Below, in pieces: positions 8,172-15,200 of a DNA stretch of 34,118 nt; the first letter of the stretch is position 1, and every line of letters begins with the position of its first letter. The notes beneath the pieces are model-generated. The model did no database searches. It saw only the letters and a program-made list of their open reading frames with translations, and was not told the origin of the DNA. This stretch comes from a virus. Its lineage: Duplodnaviria > Caudoviricetes. Made by a program: the position numbers and the translations under genes. Location: positions 1 to 34,118 of the IMG/VR virus record IMGVR_UViG_3300025652_000254; one strand, 5' to 3'.

Positions 8172-8921
8172 ATGGCTGAAGCAAATATGTACTACACAAT
8201 CGAGGGTGTGAAAGCCCTTTACCCAAGACTCGACGCTACCTACAAGTTCGATAACAAAGCGAACGGTGGTAAGGGTGGGTCTGTTAAGTGTGACCCGCTG
8301 GACGACGGCGCGGAATACTCTATGTCTTTCGTGATGTCTGAAAGCGAAGCCAAAGCCTTGTACAAGGCAATGGCAGTGGGCTACAAAGCTAAGAAAGAAA
8401 AGAGCTGGCCTGATAAGTTTGCCCTACCGTTCAAGAAGGACGATGACGGTAACTACATCGGCAAGTGCAAGTTGAAAGGTGCTTACGGTACCGACAAGAC
8501 CACGCCACCACTACAAGTGGACGCGCAGAACAACAAACTGCCAGCGGACTTTCAGTTGACCAGCGGTAGCACCGTGAACCTTGCCTTCACTTTCGTACCG
8601 TACTCTATGCGTGACAACGGCGTTAGCCTACGTCTGAGCGGTGTACAGGTGATCGAATACGTGCCGATGGTGTCACGTTCGCCCTTCGGTGTTGTGGAAG
8701 GCGGCTTCGTAGCACAACCTGATAACCCGTTTAGTGATACTACTAGCAGTGTCAAGAGCACCGATGTCGCGTTAGACGACGATGACTCTGACGATATATT
8801 TGGCGATGAGCCAGATACCTCCGAAGTGGAGGAACCCAAGAAGGTCGTAAAGAAATCTGCCCCCGCACCCAAGGAAGATGACGACGATCTGAGTGCCATT
8901 GTTGACGGTTGGGATGACTAA
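8172..8921 (+). CDS. Single-stranded DNA-binding protein, T7 gp2.5/DUF2815-like
   Basis: OB-fold-like motifs LPFKK, LTSGSTVN, GVSLRLSGVQVIEY, and a long acidic tail ending DGWDD. SD AAGGAG. Confidence 0.75.
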   Translation: MAEANMYYTIEGVKALYPRLDATYKFDNKANGGKGGSVKCDPLDDGAEYSMSFVMSESEAKALYKAMAVGYKAKKEKSWPDKFALPFKKDDDGNYIGKCKLKGAYGTDKTTPPLQVDAQNNKLPADFQLTSGSTVNLAFTFVPYSMRDNGVSLRLSGVQVIEYVPMVSRSPFGVVEGGFVAQPDNPFSDTTSSVKSTDVALDDDDSDDIFGDEPDTSEVEEPKKVVKKSAPAPKEDDDDLSAIVDGWDD

Positions 8922-8937
8922 CCACTAACAATCACTC

Positions 8938-8989
8938 CACTATGGCTAGGTTTTGCCGAAAAGGATGCGCCGACATCCCTGCCATAGTG
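8938..8989 (+). other. Three-way-junction structured element upstream of the primase
   Basis: Outer stem CACTATGGC/GCCATAGTG encloses the hairpins TTTT-GCCG-AAAA and GGATG-CGCCGA-CATCC. Confidence 0.6.
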
Positions 8990-9011
8990 TCTCTCGGCAT
9001 TGGGTGCAACC

Positions 9012-11936
9012 ATGAATACAAGAGAATTTTTACGGTGGGTACTACCCACAGAAGGTGTGTACGTCGCTCTACAATACGGCCTAGCGTCGAACGGGGTACG
9101 GCAGACATACTTTCACTCAACAGATGAATTAGCAGAAGCCGCCGAATATCACGACAGTGAAGGGTGGGACATGTACTTTGCGATGAGTAACTTCAAAGAA
9201 GAAGGTACCCGCAAAGGTGATGACGCTAAACAGATTAAGTCATTCTTCTTAGACTTAGACGTTGGCGAAGACAAAGTAGCTAAGAACGAGGGGTTCGCTA
9301 CACAGGGGGAGGCGCTACGTAGGCTACAAGAATTTATCGTAGCCCTAGAACTACCAAAACCTCTTATCGTTAATTCTGGTCGTGGCATACACGTTTACTG
9401 GGTGCTATCTGAACCCGTTGCTGTAGAGCAGTGGAAGGTAGTGGCTGACCAGTTCAAGGCTAAGTGCAAAGAGTTCGGGCTTGAGATAGACCCCGCAGTA
9501 CCTGCTGATATAGCGCGGGTTCTTCGCATAGTGGGTACGCATAACCACAAACCTGATACCCCTGCGCCAGTAGAAGTCATAGGTAAGACTCCTGATACGG
9601 TTAACTTTGACTTCTTCGCCAGTAAGCTGGGGATGGACACGATACCAGTTCCCAAGAAGTACGTACCTGCGGAGGGGCCAGCGAGCTTACGCGATGCGAT
9701 CATTCAGAACTATAAGCACGAGTTCAGAACCATACTGCTCAAGGCACAGAACGGTAACGGGTGTGAGCAACTACGCCGCATAATAAAAGGCCAAGCCGAA
9801 ACGAGTGAACCTATGTGGAGGGCAGGTCTGTCCATCGCTAAGTTCTGCGAAGACGGTGAGAAAGCCGCGCACAAGATCTCAAACCAACACCCCGAATACA
9901 CGCCAGAGCTAACGCTAAAGAAGCTGGATCTAATTAAGGGGCCGTACCGCTGCACAACATTTGACGAGAATGAAGGCGGTATCTGCACGGAATGCCCTCA
10001 CTGGGGTAAGATCAGTTCACCGATTGTGCTAGGGCGCAAGGTGGCTGAAGCAGAAGCCAATGAAGACGGTACGTATGTAAATGATCTTCAAGATCAGCAA
10101 CTACAAACAGTTGAAGGTACGCTACTTGAAAAGTTGGAAAACCAAGATCTTTCTACACAACACGTTATACCAGTCTACCCGCGCCCATACTTCCGTGGTC
10201 AGAACGGCGGTGTCTATGTCAGGAACATAAGCCAAGACGGGGAAGTTGATGAGCACGTCATCTACCATAACGACATTTACATTACGCAGCGTTTGTTAGA
10301 TATAGAGGACGGGGAGTCTGTAGTTTGTAGGATACACCTGCCACAAGACGGTGTACGTGAGTTTACGATGCCTCTTACGGCGGTCACTTCACGAGAAGAA
10401 TTTAGAAAAAACATGGCGATGCAAGGTGTTGCCATCCCTCAACTAAACGATTTGATGCAATATATGATTACTTGGGTAAACGAATTACAAGCAACCTCTA
10501 CAGCAGCCACGGCACGTCGCCAGTTCGGTTGGGTAGACGAGAACATGGACGCTTTTGTTGTAGGAAACAAAGAAATACGCGCAGACCGTATTGACCACAA
10601 CCCACCGTCCACACCGACAGCCGCACTAATCCCATACCTCAAACCGAAAGGTACGCTGGAGGCGTGGAAAAAGATGGCTAATTTCTACAACACGCGGCCC
10701 GAACTTGTGATGCACCAGTACGTTGTAAGCACAGCGTTTGGCTCTCCGTTAATGGCCTTCTTGCCTCAGAAGGCTTGTGCGTTACACATACACAGCCCAC
10801 TTAGTGGGTGCGGCAAAACAGCAGCTATACGGGTAGCGGGTTCGGTGTGGGGTGCTGAGAAAGGCATGATGATAACCGCAAAGGATACCGACGCGATAAA
10901 GTTTAATCGTTCGGAGGTGCTGCACAACCTACCGTTTTACATAGACGAATTGACCAATGAGAAAAGTGAGCAGCTAAGTGACTTAGCGTATCAAATATCC
11001 TCTGGGGAACAGCGTGGGCGTATGGCTGGTGGGGCTAACCTTGAACGTGCTCGTGGCGAGCCGTGGCACCTCTCATGTGTAACTACAGGCAACGCCAGTG
11101 TCATTGAACGTATTGCAGCGGAAAAGCAAGCGCCGAAAGCAGAGGCGCAGAGGATAATGGAATGGAGGGCGCAGCGGGTATTCTCCAGCACGGAGGAGAA
11201 GAAAGGTACGGATGCGTTCGATAGGTCTATCGAAGAAAACTATGGGCACGCTGGGGTTATTTATATCCAGTGGGTCATGCAGAACCTAGAAGACGTTAAG
11301 AAGCTCGTACTTGGGTTTCAGCGTAAGATTGACGAGGCGGCAGGGCTTACATCAGAAAACCGTTTCTGGTCTGCCGGAGCTGCTACCACACTAGCTGGGG
11401 CGTACATCGCTAACAAGCTGGAGCTAATCGACTACGACATGAAGGGCTTATTTAAGTGGACTGTTAACCTACTTAAACTAAACCTGCAATCGGTTAACGA
11501 TATGGGGTCATCAGTAGAACAAACACTTAACGACTACCTGACTGAAAACTATAACAACATACTGGTAATCAAGAGCACGGACGATCTGCGTAGTGGTTCC
11601 GGTAATGGGTTGGACAGCATCGTCATACCCGATGCACTACCGAAGGGTAGGCTAGTAGCGCGGTTCGAGACGGACACGAAGAAGGCGTACTTAGTCCCGA
11701 GGTTCTTGAAGGCTTGGTGCGCCACACATCAGATTAACTACGGCGCATTCACGAGCGACCTGATTAACAAGTTAGGTGGTAAGCGTGGATCTATGCGGTT
11801 AGGTAAAGGCACGCACATAGGGTCGGCCATGCCTGCATATAGAGTGCTGATAGTTGACTGCAAGGTGTTTAATGCAACTAACGAAGATGGAGAAAGTTTA
11901 GATGATGACCCTCAAGACGCACGACTTGAACCCTGA
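9012..11936 (+). CDS. AEP/RepB'-type primase fused to a DUF927 and P-loop helicase region
   Basis: FLDLD, NSGRGIHVYW, RVLRIVGTHN; Cys cluster (RC..F, CTECPH); Walker A SGCGKT and Walker B FYIDE. ATG at 9012. Confidence 0.88.
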   Translation: MNTREFLRWVLPTEGVYVALQYGLASNGVRQTYFHSTDELAEAAEYHDSEGWDMYFAMSNFKEEGTRKGDDAKQIKSFFLDLDVGEDKVAKNEGFATQGEALRRLQEFIVALELPKPLIVNSGRGIHVYWVLSEPVAVEQWKVVADQFKAKCKEFGLEIDPAVPADIARVLRIVGTHNHKPDTPAPVEVIGKTPDTVNFDFFASKLGMDTIPVPKKYVPAEGPASLRDAIIQNYKHEFRTILLKAQNGNGCEQLRRIIKGQAETSEPMWRAGLSIAKFCEDGEKAAHKISNQHPEYTPELTLKKLDLIKGPYRCTTFDENEGGICTECPHWGKISSPIVLGRKVAEAEANEDGTYVNDLQDQQLQTVEGTLLEKLENQDLSTQHVIPVYPRPYFRGQNGGVYVRNISQDGEVDEHVIYHNDIYITQRLLDIEDGESVVCRIHLPQDGVREFTMPLTAVTSREEFRKNMAMQGVAIPQLNDLMQYMITWVNELQATSTAATARRQFGWVDENMDAFVVGNKEIRADRIDHNPPSTPTAALIPYLKPKGTLEAWKKMANFYNTRPELVMHQYVVSTAFGSPLMAFLPQKACALHIHSPLSGCGKTAAIRVAGSVWGAEKGMMITAKDTDAIKFNRSEVLHNLPFYIDELTNEKSEQLSDLAYQISSGEQRGRMAGGANLERARGEPWHLSCVTTGNASVIERIAAEKQAPKAEAQRIMEWRAQRVFSSTEEKKGTDAFDRSIEENYGHAGVIYIQWVMQNLEDVKKLVLGFQRKIDEAAGLTSENRFWSAGAATTLAGAYIANKLELIDYDMKGLFKWTVNLLKLNLQSVNDMGSSVEQTLNDYLTENYNNILVIKSTDDLRSGSGNGLDSIVIPDALPKGRLVARFETDTKKAYLVPRFLKAWCATHQINYGAFTSDLINKLGGKRGSMRLGKGTHIGSAMPAYRVLIVDCKVFNATNEDGESLDDDPQDARLEP

Positions 11937-12126
11937 CGGGGTACGTATCGTGGTGGACTGGGGTGCTATGGTGGTAGGGAGTTCGATATTTGTGCCGTGC
12001 ATCGACACGGACAAGGCACTACAGCAGATTAAACGCATCTGCGTGGACGAGATGGAGTGGGATATACGAGCCAAGGGCGTCCTAGAAGGTCGTTTTTTAG
12101 GGGTTCGCGTCTGGAGATTGGTGTGA
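11902..12126 (+). CDS. Small phage protein, paralog 4 of the 'VGDS...RVWR' family
   Basis: Motifs WGAMVVGSSIFVP and LGVRVWRLV. GGAG upstream. Confidence 0.7.
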   Translation: MMTLKTHDLNPDGVRIVVDWGAMVVGSSIFVPCIDTDKALQQIKRICVDEMEWDIRAKGVLEGRFLGVRVWRLV

Positions 12127-12132
12127 TACGAT
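12124..12132 (+). promoter_or_regulatory. Extended -10 promoter candidate
   Basis: TG-A-TACGAT resembles TGnTATAAT. The -35 region is poor (TTCGCG). Confidence 0.4.
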
Positions 12133-12138
12133 CCGCCC

Positions 12139-12229
12139 TGATAAGGTCGTCCGGTCTCCTGCTGAAAGGTCTTATCGCCTTCCTACCCCCTTACCGTAAC
12201 CACCCCTTCTTGCGGTAAGGGGGTTTTTT
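12139..12229 (+). ncRNA. Candidate small RNA with exposed anti-Shine-Dalgarno loop
   Basis: Stem GATAAGGTC/GGTCTTATC with CCGGTCTCCT in the loop, a CCTTCCT linker, then an intrinsic terminator. Lies downstream of an extended -10. Confidence 0.45.
12185..12229 (+). terminator. Rho-independent terminator at the convergence of the two gene blocks
   Basis: 15-bp stem ACCCCCTTACCGTAA/TTGCGGTAAGGGGGT followed by a T-run. Confidence 0.88.
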
Positions 12230-15200
12230 ACAAGAACCCTTCACCCGAATCCACCGTACGCTTCATGTATGGCGATAGCGTTGTACCGTTGTGCATCTCC
12301 GCAGAACGGGTCTCGTGCCCACGTATTGACCTATCAATAGTGTCACCTGTTATACGTTTCTGGCGATCTCGGCGCACGGCACTGGACTTGTTGAACTCTC
12401 GCATAGATCGCCGTGCATCACGCATACCTTCTCTGTCACCGAATCTCTTGGCAACGTAGTAACGTCTCAGCAGGTCACGGCGTTTAGCACTCGCAGCTAT
12501 GTCTAGGCGTTTAGCTGTAGATGTCTCGTCCGCTTGTCTGGTGTAATCGACGGGCGGAAACCCTAGTAGCTGCGTAGCCAAATCACCGGCTGTGAGATCA
12601 TCGTAGATAGGATCACCGCGCCGAGTCAGAATGCCCTCATCCCTCGGGTACCTGATAACAGCTTTATAAGCATTACGTACAGCGCCCGGCATTAGGTCTT
12701 CTATACCACGCTCTATCTCGCCTTCACGTAGTTTGTCTATGCCATCTCTACCTCGTGAGTAGATGCTCCATGCAGGGCCACCAAACAGGTGAGCAATCTC
12801 TTCTTCTGGCGATGGATCACTGTTGAATCTGTCGGCTTCAAATAGCAGGTCGGTCAGCTTAACGCGCTGCGATACATCAACCCCAGTTATTTCAGACAGA
12901 GCGCCCTTGAATAGCACTTCACTGTCTAGGTACTGCCGTAGCATGGTGTCGGTGTCTTCTTCGTAGTCTTCTCTAAACATGTCAATAAGCATGGAGACTG
13001 CACCGTACAACGGTAGACCCTGTACCCCAGCGAAGAACAGAGCAGATAAATGTACACCGGCAAGCTGTTTCAGAGCCTCATTACGTAGCTCTCTGCTCTT
13101 AGCGTCATTGCCCGGAAAAAAGTTCTCTATAGCTTGTCTACCAGACTTAAACATCGTGTAGTACATCTGTATGCCGTACGCTTTATACATCAGCGCAATA
13201 CGACCTAAACTCTCACGGGCGTACCGTGGGCCAGTTTCTAGTGTGGCACCACCGTTGATTAGCTGCGTCTCACGTACAGCTTCTTCTGCGGCTTTCTTCT
13301 TGTCACCATCAAACTTCTTTAGTGCGAGTTTATACGCTGCCACCATCGTAACTTGACGATTCATTACTTCTGCTTCATGGAACATAAGAGCCGAAGCGTT
13401 TGTCACCGCGTCCATCTTAGACATCTTACGCCCCGCCTGACTCGTGCTGAGTGTGTCGGCAATGAACGACGAGTTAAGCTGCCCCCGCCTAGAAGCAAGC
13501 TCCATCAACGGTAGAAGGTCTTTCAATTCCTTTGTTTGCGCTGCATCGAGGTCTAGGTCTTTACGTACTTCGTAAGTGACTCGGCCATCTTTGTCGCGGG
13601 AGAACGTATAGTAGTTATCCAGCGATGGTAATGCCTTGTCTTTGAGGGCTTCTCTCGCTGCGTTGAGGTCACCTTTACGTAGCGCTTCTCTTACAGACCG
13701 TGGCGTTCTTGCGTCCCCGACTAAAGTAGCTATGTCCTTGTTCATTGGAGAACCCATAAACAACTTAGTAGCACCGCTTAGAGCGGTTCGTGTGGCTCCG
13801 AACCCATACTTACCTGCCAGCATCGGGTATGCGAACAACGGTATCTGCGACAAGTTTACCAGCGCAGACGAGGCGTTGAAGCCGATAGTCCACATGAATG
13901 CCATACGGTTTGCGTTCTTAGCGAAACTGTCCAGTGGCGGATTGACGGCAAATCTAGCGCGGTCTTTTACCTCTTCGATTTCTGGGCTGTTCGCATCTGC
14001 CATTTTAGGGTTGGCTTCAAGCATCTCTTGTACGGCGTTGTCGATTAGCCGTGAGTTCTTAATGCGCTCTACCTGCCGTGCCAGATCAAAAGCCTTCGTA
14101 CGTGCCGCTTCCACAGCATCTACATCATAACCTTCAGTGCCCTTACGTCGAAGCAGTGACTTAGCGAAAGAAGACTCTGGCAGGTACTCAATAAACAAAC
14201 GTGTTATCTGTTCCTGAACCTCTGGGTCTACTTTGTTCACCTTCATAATGCCCAGTATGCTGGAGACAAAAGAACCAGAGGGCGCGTCCTCGTAGGAGGC
14301 TTTGTCACTAGGGCTGAACGTCGATACTCCGTAACCTTCTGCTTCGTAGGCTTCCGCTGCCCTGAACCGTTCCGCAGCGTTCTCGTATGCAAACACGGCA
14401 GAGTCCGCGCCTTCCTTGGGGTTCTTCACAGACAGGAAGTACGTGCCGGTACGAGTCAGCGGGAAGTATGGCTCCAGCTTAGTCGCCTCTAACATCTTAG
14501 CGTATAGACCGTTCTTGAGGTTGGTCTTCGCTTGTTCTGCTATGGGCAGTCCGTCAATACGATTTTGCAGCGTGTCATTAAGTTGGTCGTACTGATCTTT
14601 ATATAGCTTACGCAAAGCGGCGTAGTTCTTCCTACCCTCGGCACCAACCATCTTGCTGTTGTAGACCGCCCGTAGTTCTTTGTAGCGGTCTATTTTTAGC
14701 TGCTTAGTGCCGTCTACGGGCTGGTTGCCGTACCGTTTTTGTGCTTGCTGTGGCGTTAGCTCTGGATCTACTTGGTCAACGGTACTGTCGTAGATCAAGT
14801 TATTCCACGCCTTAATCGTTTCTCCAGACTGTTTAGCAGCCCACTCTCGTATAGGTTGTAGGTTGTTTCTGACCGCTTGCTCTGCGGTAGTTAGGCCACC
14901 ACGTTGGTTTTCTATAGCAGCGAAAACCTTATTAACACCGACTACACCTGCCCTTTCAAGCTCTACTTCGACGGCGTTGTTAGGTAAGAGACCAAGTATT
15001 TTGCGTTTTAGTCCGGTGTTTTTCTGCCCTGCTGTGAGTGCACCGTACTCGCCAACTATTCTTTCTTTTGCACGCTCTATCGGCCCTTTAGGTAGGGCGT
15101 CCTTGAGTCCTTCCTCTACTCTACGTACGCCAGCAGGGTCGGTCATAGATGCTAAGAGAGGAGCACCACGGTGCTTGGCGGCAGGTGCCAGTATGTCTTC

